From: Planctomycetota bacterium
GTDB taxonomy: Bacteria; Planctomycetota; UBA8108; SXIK01
Assembly: GCA_965223845.1 (NCBI GenBank)
Contig: CBDCXR010000004.1
Span: 2,688,001 to 2,752,000, forward strand
Reading direction: 5' to 3'
Length of the DNA: 64,000 bases
Of the stretch, positions 39,463-48,865 are shown one piece after another. The position numbers and the translations under genes are program-made. Below the pieces are notes generated by a model that did not search any database, was not told where the DNA came from, and saw nothing but the letters and a program-made list of their open reading frames with translations. The first letter of the stretch is position 1. Each line of letters opens with the position of its first letter.

Positions 39463-39870
39463 CTACCGCTTCGAGAACTGGAAGCTGCGGCGCGCGCCAG
39501 CGAGGCCGTACTTCTTTCGTTCCTTCTGCCGCGAATCTCGCGTGAGGAACTTTCCCTCTCGCAGGACCTCTTCGTGGGCTTCGTTCGCCGCGAGGAGGGC
39601 GCGGGCGAGCCCGAGCGAGATCGCGCCGGCCTGCCCGGACATCCCGCCGCCCCGCGCATTGACGAAGACGTCGTACGACTTGGTCTCGCGCGTGGCGAGA
39701 AGCGGAGCGCGCACGACTTGACGATCGCGCTCGTCCCCGAAGTAGTCTTTGAGCCGACGCTTGTTCACGTAGATGTTGCCCGTTCCCCCCGCCTTGAGTC
39801 GCACTCGCGCGATCGCGGTCTTTCGCCGGCCAGTGCCCCAGATGTAGGGATCGGTCTTCGCCTTCGCCAT
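39463..39870 (-). CDS. rpsI: 30S ribosomal protein S9
   Basis: GTGRRKTAIARV, GGGMSGQAGAI, LTRDSRQKERKKYG..RRSFQFSKR. Confidence 0.98.
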   Translation of the reverse strand: MAKAKTDPYIWGTGRRKTAIARVRLKAGGTGNIYVNKRRLKDYFGDERDRQVVRAPLLATRETKSYDVFVNARGGGMSGQAGAISLGLARALLAANEAHEEVLREGKFLTRDSRQKERKKYGLAGARRSFQFSKR

Positions 39871-39953
39871 GCTGTCTTCGTCTCCGGTTCGAGCCGGTCA
39901 CGCACGCGCGACGACTCGCAAAAGTTTCTGTGAACTGGGACGCCCTCTCGGCC

Positions 39954-40406
39954 TTAGGAGCTCGCCGACCGCTTCCGGGGCACGTCGACCTTTTGCGGGT
40001 TCTGCGCGGCGTGAGGATGATCGTCTCCGCCGTAGACGTGTAGCCGTCGCAGCATGCTGCGACCGAGCTTGGTCTTCGGAAGCATCCGCCGAATCGCGAG
40101 CTCGACGATGCGCTCGGGCTTCTTCTGCTGAATCTCGGTGAAGCTCTCTTCGACCAGGTGGCCTACCCAACCGGTGTGACGCCGGTACACTTTGTTCTCG
40201 CGCTTCGCGCCCGAGACGTTCACTCCCTCGGCGCCGGTGACGACGACGAAGTCGCCGCCGTCGACCCCCGGAGTGAATGTCGCCTTCTCCTTCCCCATGA
40301 GAAGGTTCGCGGCCTTGACGGCGAGATGGCCGAGGGTCTGGTCGCGGGCATCGAGATGATGCCAGGCGCGCACGACATCCTCGTTTCGCATCCTGAACGT
40401 TTTCAT
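39954..40406 (-). CDS. rplM: 50S ribosomal protein L13
   Basis: WHHLDA..LGHLA..LMGKEKATFTPGVDGGDFVVV, RRMLPKTKLGR, HPHAAQNP. Confidence 0.98.
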   Translation of the reverse strand: MKTFRMRNEDVVRAWHHLDARDQTLGHLAVKAANLLMGKEKATFTPGVDGGDFVVVTGAEGVNVSGAKRENKVYRRHTGWVGHLVEESFTEIQQKKPERIVELAIRRMLPKTKLGRSMLRRLHVYGGDDHPHAAQNPQKVDVPRKRSASS

Positions 40407-40519
40407 CGATAGCGTCTTCTGCGATCTCTATGGACGGGGTCTCATCGCCGCCCCGCCGGAAGGGGCGTGGGTCGGCTCTCGGCCGCAGACCGGCCGGAGC
40501 CCCGCGGCGAAGACGGCCA

Positions 40520-40548
40520 ATCGTACAGATCCCGCCCCCCCATTGCAA
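40520..40548 (-). promoter_or_regulatory. Sigma-70-type promoter of rplM-rpsI
   Basis: Minus strand TTGCAA-N17-TACGAT, about 115 bp upstream of the rplM start. Confidence 0.6.
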
Positions 40549-40583
40549 CCCGCTCGGACGGGGTCCCCGCACCTCCTGCCGCC

Positions 40584-41309
40584 TCAATCTCCCGGCTGCC
40601 CGAGGAGCCAGAGCGCCGCGGCCACGGCCACCGCCGTCGGAGTCCGGAGGACCGGGACGGGAAGCCGGCGGACCTCCCAGCCGAGGGACTCGGCGGCCTC
40701 CCGTTCGCTCGCCGAGAACCCACCTTCCGGACCGATCGCGACGGTACGGCTCGCCGCCCGACCGGCCGCCGCGTCGAGAAGACTCCCGGCGGGATCGAGC
40801 AGGATCCGTCTCTCCTGCGCCCCGGCGGGTCGAGCGAGCCACACGCGCAGATCTTCGGCCGCTTCGAGCTCGAGCGGCGTCGCTCGGCCGCACTGCTTCA
40901 TCGCCTCGGTGATGACTCGATCGCAGCGCGAGCGCCGCCGGGACTCGTCCCATTTCACGATCGTCCGCTCGGTCCGGAGCGGCGCGACCGCGTCGACACC
41001 GAGCTCGACGGCCGCCCGGAGCGCGGTGTCGAACGCCGCTCCTTTGACGACCGCGATCCCGAGCCGAAGGCCGCCCCCCGCGCGCGAATCGGGGGCATCG
41101 ATTTCCGCCGTGACTCGCACCCGGGCCTGACGCCCGTCCTCGTTCGCTTCGACGACTCCACGGAACACTCCGTTCGGCGCGAGGACCTCGACGCCGTCAC
41201 CGAGCCCCCGGCGGAGGACGGTGACGAGATGACGTCCTTCCGCCGCGGATAGCTCGGCGGTCGAACCGACATCGAGCGGGACGTCGACCGTGACACGCGG
41301 GGTACGCAC
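40584..41309 (-). CDS. rsmE: 16S rRNA m3U1498 methyltransferase RsmE
   Basis: HLVTVLR, AVELGVD, EAMKQCGR, IGPEGGFS, VLRTPTA. Confidence 0.93.
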   Translation of the reverse strand: MRTPRVTVDVPLDVGSTAELSAAEGRHLVTVLRRGLGDGVEVLAPNGVFRGVVEANEDGRQARVRVTAEIDAPDSRAGGGLRLGIAVVKGAAFDTALRAAVELGVDAVAPLRTERTIVKWDESRRRSRCDRVITEAMKQCGRATPLELEAAEDLRVWLARPAGAQERRILLDPAGSLLDAAAGRAASRTVAIGPEGGFSASEREAAESLGWEVRRLPVPVLRTPTAVAVAAALWLLGQPGD

Positions 41310-41417
41310 GAACGTGAGTCCTTTCTTTTCCGAAGGTCGCGGGTGGCTCGACCCCGTCCGATTCTACTTCGGCCGGTGAACGCGATTCCAAAGACGCGCT
41401 TCGCTTGCGCCGCTCCC

Positions 41418-44030
41418 CTATTCCGTCGGACGGTCGTCGATCGCCTGCCGGATCGCCTCGCGCCGCTCCTCGACGGTCCGCGAGTCGAACCCCGAGAGGA
41501 TCTGCAAGGCCTCGAGCTCGTCGCCGAAACGAACATTGCGCTCGGCGAGCAGCAGCGCGAACGACTCGTCGCGCGCGAGATTCGCGGGAAGATGGGTGGT
41601 GATCGGATCGCGCCCGACGACCGCACGAATTTGCTCGAGGTTTCGCTGCGCGCGATCCGCACCCCCGTAGAGCGATCCCGCGCCCGAATAGAGCGCCTCG
41701 CCGCGCGAGTCCGAATTGACGGGGAGTCCGACCCGCAGACCGACCCACTCGTCGACGCCGCGCGCGCCGCCGAGAAAGAGGGCGAGACGATCGACCGGCA
41801 TTTCGAGCAAGGTCGCGGCCTGGAACTTCCCCGGCGGCGCGCGGAGGGGAGCCTCGAGAGCGATCGGCTCGGCGGAGGCGACGAGGACGAGCTCTCCGGT
41901 CCCGGGCGGGCGAGCGACGAGCACCTCGGGGAAGACCCGCCGCAGCGTCCGTACGATCAAGCGCACGGTGTCCTCCTCGACCTTGTACAGCTGAAGCCAC
42001 TGAACGAGATATCCGCCCGGCCTCAGCACGGCGCGCAAGCGCTCGAAGAACTCGATCGTGAAGAGCGGCGCCGCTCCCGGCACCCACGGCTCGGACGGCT
42101 GGCTCACGATGACGTCCCACTCGCGCCCCGCGAGCTCCGACGCGAGCAACCGACGAGCGTCGCCGAAGTGAAAGGAGCACGGAACGGCGCCGGCGGGAGC
42201 GACGGCGCCGTCGAGAATCCACGCGGGAAGAAACACCTCGACGTAAGGCCGCACGCGCTCGTGACGGAGCACGCGGAGAAACTCCGGCTCGAGCTCGATG
42301 ACATCGACCGACCGCGGCCGATAGGAATCCCCGCAACCCTCGAGCAGCGCGCCGAGGGTCACGCCGCTCCCGAGTCCGATGAGCAGCGCGTCGGCGCCGT
42401 CGCGCCCGAAGCGAATCGAAGCCGCCAACTCACCGAGCAGGATCTGAGTGGGGAGATCCGCGAGGCTCGGCCGCCCTCGATCGGCCGGCACGCTTCCTTC
42501 GACCTTGCCGTTCGACTTGAAGTAGACGGTGTTCTGCTCCGCGACGAGTTCGACGGAAACGACGGCCTCCCGCCCGACCTCGGCGGCGAGAAGCGACCGG
42601 CCCTCGAGCCCGTCCGCGATCGATCGCGACCGCAGGTCTTCCGACGACCACTGGTAGACTCCGGCGAGGAGTCGGCGAAGATCCCACGGTTCCCGTGCGG
42701 CGACCCCGATCCACGCGGCGCAGCCGACGATCGCCGCGGTGCTCGCAACTGTGCAGCGCATCCGGAACGAGCGGTTCCTTCGCGCCGGTGTCTCGGTGCG
42801 CAGCGAGAGAACAGCCCCCGTCAAGGCCAGCGCGACAAGACCAACCAGGCCGGAGTGATACGCCCCTTCGAGGTCGATGACCGCCGCGGCGAGCGGCCCG
42901 CCGGCGAACGCGCCGAGAGCGGCGCCCACGGAGTTGACGGCGTAGAGGCTCCCGACTCGTTCGCGCCAGCGCGCGACGGCGAGCGGGAACAGCGAGCCGA
43001 GAAGACAATTCGGCGCGAAGACGACGGCGGCCGCACCGAGTGTTCCGACGACGAGCGGAGATGCCGCGTCCGTCCGTACGCCGACCAGATACGCAGAGGG
43101 GAGATGCGGCACGGCGAAGTACATCGCCGCGAATGCGAGCGCTACGAGCGCGGGAAGCCCCCAGACAACCCAGCCGAACGCGACGCGCCGAGACAGCAGA
43201 CTCCCAACTCCGATGCCGAGTACGACGCTGCTCGAGACGACCGCGAACGCGTAGACGGTCGTCCCGACGACGAGGACGAGGAGACGCGTCCAGAGGACTT
43301 CCCAGTAGAGGACGACGAATCCGGAGAGAAAGAGAAAGACGGCGGCGATCGCGCGTCCCCTCGGGTCGGACGACCGTTCGTGCTGAGGTCGCACCGGCGG
43401 CTCGGTTCCGCTCCGCGGCCGCACGAACGCGAGCGCCGCCGCTCCGACGCCGCCCTGCAGCGCGGTGCAGAGCGCCACGGCGCCCCACTCGCCCGCGTAG
43501 CGGATCGCGACGAGACCCGTCGCGAGTCCACCGAGCGCGGCTCCAATCGCGTTCACGCCGTAAACGGTGCGGAGCTCGCGATCGACGGAGCGGTCCCTTG
43601 GAAGCGCAGCGATGAGGAGCGGAAACGTCGCGCCGGCCGGTAGCGTCGCCGCAGCGACGACCGCGAGAAGGAGGGCATCGCCACCCGGCAGCGCCGCCAG
43701 CCAGTAACCGGCCGAGAGCACGAGCGATCCGAGAAGCGCCGCTCCGGCCGCGATGACTTCGGCGGCAGCGTACGCCGTGAGCGGGCGAGCGAATCGAGCG
43801 TGCCATCGCTCCGCGATGTACGCGCCGAGCCCGAGTCCGCCGAGGAAGCCGGCGAGAACGGCGGCGATCGCGCTCGATGTCGATCCCAGAACGCGATGGA
43901 GCATTCGCGCCCAGACGACTTCGATCCCAACGGTCGCGGCTCCGCTGAAGAAGACCAAGACGGCAACGATGAGCCAGCGGCGTCCGCGGAGGACCGCGTG
44001 AGACTCGCTCTCTGACGGAGATGCGCTCAC
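41418..44030 (-). CDS. Multi-TM membrane domain fused to a spermidine-synthase-like SAM-fold domain
   Basis: Duplicated TM repeats (EVVWARML / EVLWTRLL; YGVNAIG / YAVNSVG), then IGLGSGVT, VIELEP, GDARR, DVIVSQPSEPW. Confidence 0.88.
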   Translation of the reverse strand: MSASPSESESHAVLRGRRWLIVAVLVFFSGAATVGIEVVWARMLHRVLGSTSSAIAAVLAGFLGGLGLGAYIAERWHARFARPLTAYAAAEVIAAGAALLGSLVLSAGYWLAALPGGDALLLAVVAAATLPAGATFPLLIAALPRDRSVDRELRTVYGVNAIGAALGGLATGLVAIRYAGEWGAVALCTALQGGVGAAALAFVRPRSGTEPPVRPQHERSSDPRGRAIAAVFLFLSGFVVLYWEVLWTRLLVLVVGTTVYAFAVVSSSVVLGIGVGSLLSRRVAFGWVVWGLPALVALAFAAMYFAVPHLPSAYLVGVRTDAASPLVVGTLGAAAVVFAPNCLLGSLFPLAVARWRERVGSLYAVNSVGAALGAFAGGPLAAAVIDLEGAYHSGLVGLVALALTGAVLSLRTETPARRNRSFRMRCTVASTAAIVGCAAWIGVAAREPWDLRRLLAGVYQWSSEDLRSRSIADGLEGRSLLAAEVGREAVVSVELVAEQNTVYFKSNGKVEGSVPADRGRPSLADLPTQILLGELAASIRFGRDGADALLIGLGSGVTLGALLEGCGDSYRPRSVDVIELEPEFLRVLRHERVRPYVEVFLPAWILDGAVAPAGAVPCSFHFGDARRLLASELAGREWDVIVSQPSEPWVPGAAPLFTIEFFERLRAVLRPGGYLVQWLQLYKVEEDTVRLIVRTLRRVFPEVLVARPPGTGELVLVASAEPIALEAPLRAPPGKFQAATLLEMPVDRLALFLGGARGVDEWVGLRVGLPVNSDSRGEALYSGAGSLYGGADRAQRNLEQIRAVVGRDPITTHLPANLARDESFALLLAERNVRFGDELEALQILSGFDSRTVEERREAIRQAIDDRPTE

Positions 44031-46930
44031 CCACCCTCCTCGAGTCGCGGAATCACCTCGTCGTTCACGAACTTCCTCACGGCTTCCTTCTGCACGTCGT
44101 CCCGCTCGCTCGCGCGCTCGAGGAATCGCGTAAACGCCTCGATCGACTCCTCCCAGCGTTCGAGCGCGGCGAGGGCGTAGCCGCGAGTCGCTTCGAGAGA
44201 AGGCTCGGCAAATCCCCTCGAGGCGGCCTTCGCGCAGAGCTCGAGCGCCTCGTTCGGATCCGTTTGGCGCGTGAGCTCCGCGAGGTCCGCGAAGGCGTGA
44301 GGCTTCGCCGACTCACCTTCCGGGAGCTGCGCTAGGTACTCGCGATAGAAGCGCCTCGCATCCTCGGTCGCGTTCGCGTCGCGCGCGAGCTCGGCGAGCG
44401 CGAGGAGAGTCGGCGCGTTGGCCGGATCGCGCTCGAGTGAAGCGCGGAAATAGCGCTCGGCGTCTCCGCGCTGACCGAGGCGACGGCTGACGCCGCCGAG
44501 ACCCCGGAGGGCGATCGCTTCGTACGAAGACTCCTCGAAACTCTTTGCCTTCTCAAACAGCTCGGCGAACACGCCCCGCGCCGCGATGAGCTCGACTTTC
44601 TCGAGGTGCTCCATGCCGCGCCGGTAGAGGGCGTCGAGTAGCTCTCGCCGCCCCTCGGGCGTGTTCTCAGCCTCATCCGTGCGCCGCCGAATCGCGACCG
44701 TGCGAACGCCTTCGAGCGCTTCTTCGTTCCGCGGATCGACGGCGAGCGCCCGACGGTAGTACGACTCCGCCGCCTCGAGCTCGCCGCGGTTCGTCTCGAT
44801 TCCGCCCAGCGTCACGAGCGCGGGCAGGTACCGCGCGTCGCGCCGGAGGATGCCCTCGAGAACCGCGATCGCGGCGGTGAGCTCGCTCCGCCGATCGAGG
44901 ATCTTCGCCCGCCGCATGAGAAGATGGAGTCGCTCGGGATCGGGAACCGTGCGCGCAAGGACGGAGTCGACCCACGTGCCGGCCACGTCGAGCTCGTCCG
45001 AGTCGATGAGGGAATCCGCGAGCTCGACCGCGACGCGATACTTCTCGCCGGCGTCGTGCGGGAGTGTCTCGTAGGCGCGTCTCATCTCGGCGAGCGCGTC
45101 GTCCTTTCGCCCGTCGAGGGCGGCGATCTTGCTCCGGTAGTAGTGCGCCGCGCCGACGAGTCCGGCTGGACGACCGAGAGCGATCACCTTGGCGAAGGCT
45201 TCGTTCGCGGCCGCGTGTTCGCCGCGCTTGAGCAGCGTCGATGCGAAATCGAAATGCACCGCCGTGTGGTCCGCCGATTCGGCGATCGAGCTTCCGTCCG
45301 TGTCGCGAGAGGAGAGGATTTCGCGGTAGTCGGCAAGTGCGCGATCGAGGAGCTCGGAGCGATCGGTGCCGAGCTCGGCGAGGAGACCGGCTCGAAACGT
45401 GAGCGCCTGGAGCACGTAGCCGCGGTGAAGCGGGACGTCCGGTCGTTCGCGGAAGAGATCGAGCGCCGCGGTGTACTCGTCGATCGCCTCGCGGTGCCGC
45501 GCGCTCGCCTTCAGGGCATGCGCCCGTGCGAGGTGCGCTCGCGCGCAAGTCGGCTGAGCTTCCACGGCCGCGGTCCAGAGGCGAAGCGGCGACTGCCAAT
45601 CGAGGTTTCGCCGGATCGCAAGGGCACCGAGAGTGATCACGAGCGCCGCGCATGCGGCAGTCGCCGCGAGTCGATCTCGCCGGTAGAACCGGGCGAGGAG
45701 AGCCGCGACGACGACGATGACACCGACACTCGGAAGGTACGCAAAGCGTTCGGCGAATCGATCGGGGATCGGAACGAACTGAAGGACCGGCGTGAGCGTG
45801 CCGAGAAACCAGAGCCCCCCGAGTGCCGCGATCGGCGCCCGAGCATTCCGTGAGGTCGACGGCGCACCGTCGCCCGATCGCGGACGAATCGACCGCCAGA
45901 AGGAGAACAGCGAAACTCCGGCGAGACCGAGCCAAAGCGCGAGCGCCGGAAGCGTCGTCAGCGGCGACACGAATCCCTTCGAAGGGAGAATCGCGGCGTA
46001 GCTGTAGTCGACGCTCTGCCCGACCGGAACGAGGAGAAGTCCGAGGTAGCGCGCGACGTAGCGCGGAGCGGAGAGAAGGACGGACTCGCCGGGGTCGCGG
46101 AGCGACGCCGCGATCAACTTCTCGTTTCCGAGCGTTACGGCGATCGATGCGACCGTGATCCCCCACAGCGCCGCGTGGAGCCACCAGCGCCGAGCGCTCC
46201 AGCGAGCCCGGCGCACGCCGTCGACGAGCAGCATCGCGGGGGCGAGAGTGATCACCATCTCCTTCGTGAGCAGTCCGAAAACGAGGAGTAGCGGCGCTCC
46301 TACGAGCGCGGCGATCGAAACGTGCTCGCGTCCACTTCGCACGACGAGAGCTACCGCCGCGAGAAAGAACAACGTCGAGAGGACATCTCGCCGGCCGGAA
46401 ATATACGTGACGGCCTCGGTGTGGAGCGGGTGAACGGCAAAGAGGAGAGCGGCGACGAGCCCCGCCACCGCCGCGGCCGTCGGACGCGCCGACGACGCTC
46501 CCGTACCGATCGTGATCTGCCGGAGAAGCGAAGCGACGAGGACTCCGACGAGGAGCGAGTTGAGGATGTGAAACGCGACGTTTCCGAGACGGAAAAAAAA
46601 CGTCGGAGTTTCGCGGGCCGAGAACTCTCCGTACGTCCAGCGCGAGAGCGTGTAGTCGACGAAATACGACAGGAAACGCAGCGGACGGTAGTTCGGGCGA
46701 AGCTCCTCGTCGTCCCACCGCGTCGAGGTGACGTCGAAGGTCGCGACGAGGATTGAAGGATCCTCGTAGGCTTCGCGAAGTACGTGGTTGTCCCGGACGA
46801 GCTTGACGTCGTCGAAGACGAACGGCGCGTGGAGAACTCCCGCGTACGGGAGGAACGCCGCGGCGGCGATCGTGAGCGCGGCGAGTGTGACCGCTCGGCG
46901 CGGCCAGCGATCGTCGTTCCGATCGTTCAT
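44027..46930 (-). CDS. TMTC-like GT-C membrane glycosyltransferase with C-terminal TPRs
   Basis: FVFDD, YRPL, LFAVHPLHTEAVTYISGR, KE, AERFAYLPS, RNLDW..LW motifs as in the TMTC/DUF1736 family, followed by many TPRs. Confidence 0.85.
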   Translation of the reverse strand: MNDRNDDRWPRRAVTLAALTIAAAAFLPYAGVLHAPFVFDDVKLVRDNHVLREAYEDPSILVATFDVTSTRWDDEELRPNYRPLRFLSYFVDYTLSRWTYGEFSARETPTFFFRLGNVAFHILNSLLVGVLVASLLRQITIGTGASSARPTAAAVAGLVAALLFAVHPLHTEAVTYISGRRDVLSTLFFLAAVALVVRSGREHVSIAALVGAPLLLVFGLLTKEMVITLAPAMLLVDGVRRARWSARRWWLHAALWGITVASIAVTLGNEKLIAASLRDPGESVLLSAPRYVARYLGLLLVPVGQSVDYSYAAILPSKGFVSPLTTLPALALWLGLAGVSLFSFWRSIRPRSGDGAPSTSRNARAPIAALGGLWFLGTLTPVLQFVPIPDRFAERFAYLPSVGVIVVVAALLARFYRRDRLAATAACAALVITLGALAIRRNLDWQSPLRLWTAAVEAQPTCARAHLARAHALKASARHREAIDEYTAALDLFRERPDVPLHRGYVLQALTFRAGLLAELGTDRSELLDRALADYREILSSRDTDGSSIAESADHTAVHFDFASTLLKRGEHAAANEAFAKVIALGRPAGLVGAAHYYRSKIAALDGRKDDALAEMRRAYETLPHDAGEKYRVAVELADSLIDSDELDVAGTWVDSVLARTVPDPERLHLLMRRAKILDRRSELTAAIAVLEGILRRDARYLPALVTLGGIETNRGELEAAESYYRRALAVDPRNEEALEGVRTVAIRRRTDEAENTPEGRRELLDALYRRGMEHLEKVELIAARGVFAELFEKAKSFEESSYEAIALRGLGGVSRRLGQRGDAERYFRASLERDPANAPTLLALAELARDANATEDARRFYREYLAQLPEGESAKPHAFADLAELTRQTDPNEALELCAKAASRGFAEPSLEATRGYALAALERWEESIEAFTRFLERASERDDVQKEAVRKFVNDEVIPRLEEGG

Positions 46931-47613
46931 TCCGCTCCTCGCTCGAGCCGGTAGATACCGGCGATGGCAAACGCTCCCGGAAGCCAGCGGACGAACGGCG
47001 AAGCGATGCTGCGGACGAACGACCAGCGCGGCGGAAAGACGCTCACCGGGACCTCGTCGACAACGCGGAGTCCCGCCGCGGCGAAGAGCGAAGCGGCGGA
47101 GGAGCGATCGAAGTGGCGTACATGGGCATCCGTGTGGCCGCCGAACGGAAGTCGCCCGCAGAGGATGCGAAGGCGGGCGGGGAGGGTGATCTCGTTCGGG
47201 AGCGAGACGACGAGCTGACCGCCGGGCGCGAGGAGCGCCCCCATCTTCGTCAGAGCGCCGAGCGGGTCAAGCAAGTGCTCGAGCACCTCGAGCGCGACGA
47301 CGACGTCGGCCCGATCGGCCGCCACCGCAGTGAGATCGTCGGTCTCGATGTCGGCCCGCTCGACATCGAGACCCCGCGATCGAGCCGCCTCGACCGCGCG
47401 CGAGGAAACGTCGACACCGCGCGAACGGAATCCAGCTCGCATGAAGCTCTCGAGCGTCCAACCCGGACCGCAACCGACTTCGAGGAGGGTACGATTCTCC
47501 GCGTCACCGAGAATCCAGAGAGCGATCGCCGCGCGCTCGCGGCTCCGCGCCTCCGTGCGCGCCGTGTCGCGCTCGACCCAGTACGCGTCGTAGTACTTTT
47601 CGGCGTCAAACAT
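46927..47613 (-). CDS. Class I SAM-dependent methyltransferase
   Basis: LLEVGCGPG, GVDVS, EVLEHLLDP, SLPN, HVRHF. Confidence 0.9.
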   Translation of the reverse strand: MFDAEKYYDAYWVERDTARTEARSRERAAIALWILGDAENRTLLEVGCGPGWTLESFMRAGFRSRGVDVSSRAVEAARSRGLDVERADIETDDLTAVAADRADVVVALEVLEHLLDPLGALTKMGALLAPGGQLVVSLPNEITLPARLRILCGRLPFGGHTDAHVRHFDRSSAASLFAAAGLRVVDEVPVSVFPPRWSFVRSIASPFVRWLPGAFAIAGIYRLERGAE

Positions 47614-48862
47614 CGCTCGACACCTCGGCGATCAGCCGCCCGAGTCTCGCCCCGCGCTCGGCAGCGGTCGGTGCCCGGTCCGCGCGCGCCACGGCGTCTC
47701 GGAGGCGCTCGAGCTCGCCCGTACGAAACACGTCGAGAAGCGCCGACGCGAGCGCCGGTGCGTCGTGCGGCGGCACGAGACGGCCCGTCACGCCGTCGTC
47801 GACGAGATCGACGATTCCTCCGACGCGCGTCGCGACGACCGGAAGTCCGCGCGACTGCGCTTCGAGGATGCTGACGGGCGTCCCTTCTGAGTGCGACGGC
47901 AGGACGAATACGTCGGCCGCGTCGTACCAATCGACGAGGTCCCGCTGTGGAATCCGTCCCGGAAGACGGCAGCGCTGCGCGGAAACATCGTCCGCGAGAG
48001 CTTCGAGACACCAAGCGCGGCGCGCCCCGTCTCCGGCGACACAGAGCGTAGTCGAAGGTCGCGCGGCGGACACCGTCCGCCACGCTTCGACGAGCTCGAC
48101 GACTCCCTTCGCCGAATCGACATCGCCGACGAAGAGTAGGACGTCCCGATCGTCCTCGATCTCGAGGCGCGCCCGGGCGTCGCCGCGGCGCGCGCTCACA
48201 CCGCCCGCGAGCTCTCCCGATCCGAACACAGCACCGTCGACTCCCATAGGAAGAAGCGTGATCCGGTCGGACCCTAGCGCGTGATCGCACTCGATGCGAT
48301 CGGCGAGGTCGCGACTCACTGCCGCCACGCGGCGCGCACGCCGGAGCACCCAGGACGCGACGCGGCGGAGCAGACCTCGGCGCGCGAATTGCCGGATGTC
48401 CGATCCGTGCGCGAACACGATGAACGGTCGACGCAGCGCGAGGCTCACGATCGCGGCCACCGGTCCCATCGGGAGTACCCAGTGGGCGCAGATGACATCG
48501 ACGTGCCGTCCGCGGGCGGCTCGGAGCGCGGCCACGATCGCGGAGAGAAGATAGACGGCCTGCAGCCAGATCCGCGGGCGCGAGATCTCCTTCAGGCGCC
48601 GTCCGCCTCCGGGGTAGGCGAACCGCCGGACCGCGATCCCCCGGCGCGTCTCCGCCGCCGCGTCGGTCGCGCGGACTCGCGGAGCGACGACCGTCGCCGC
48701 GGTCACCGTCCCTCCCGGCTCGTCGAGAAGGGCTCGCGTAAGCGTCTCGATGAACACGCCGCGCTCGGGCTCCGAGTCCGCCGGATACGCGGCTGTGAGG
48801 ACGAGGAGTCGGATGGGCAGGTCGGGGGTCCGGACGTCTCCCGGCGTCGACGGAGGGACCAT
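47606..48862 (-). CDS. Glycosyltransferase family 4
   Basis: AHW, HGSD, KGV, DVFVLPSHSEGTPVSILEA (EX7E). Confidence 0.92.
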   Translation of the reverse strand: MVPPSTPGDVRTPDLPIRLLVLTAAYPADSEPERGVFIETLTRALLDEPGGTVTAATVVAPRVRATDAAAETRRGIAVRRFAYPGGGRRLKEISRPRIWLQAVYLLSAIVAALRAARGRHVDVICAHWVLPMGPVAAIVSLALRRPFIVFAHGSDIRQFARRGLLRRVASWVLRRARRVAAVSRDLADRIECDHALGSDRITLLPMGVDGAVFGSGELAGGVSARRGDARARLEIEDDRDVLLFVGDVDSAKGVVELVEAWRTVSAARPSTTLCVAGDGARRAWCLEALADDVSAQRCRLPGRIPQRDLVDWYDAADVFVLPSHSEGTPVSILEAQSRGLPVVATRVGGIVDLVDDGVTGRLVPPHDAPALASALLDVFRTGELERLRDAVARADRAPTAAERGARLGRLIAEVSSDV

Positions 48863-48865
48863 CGC

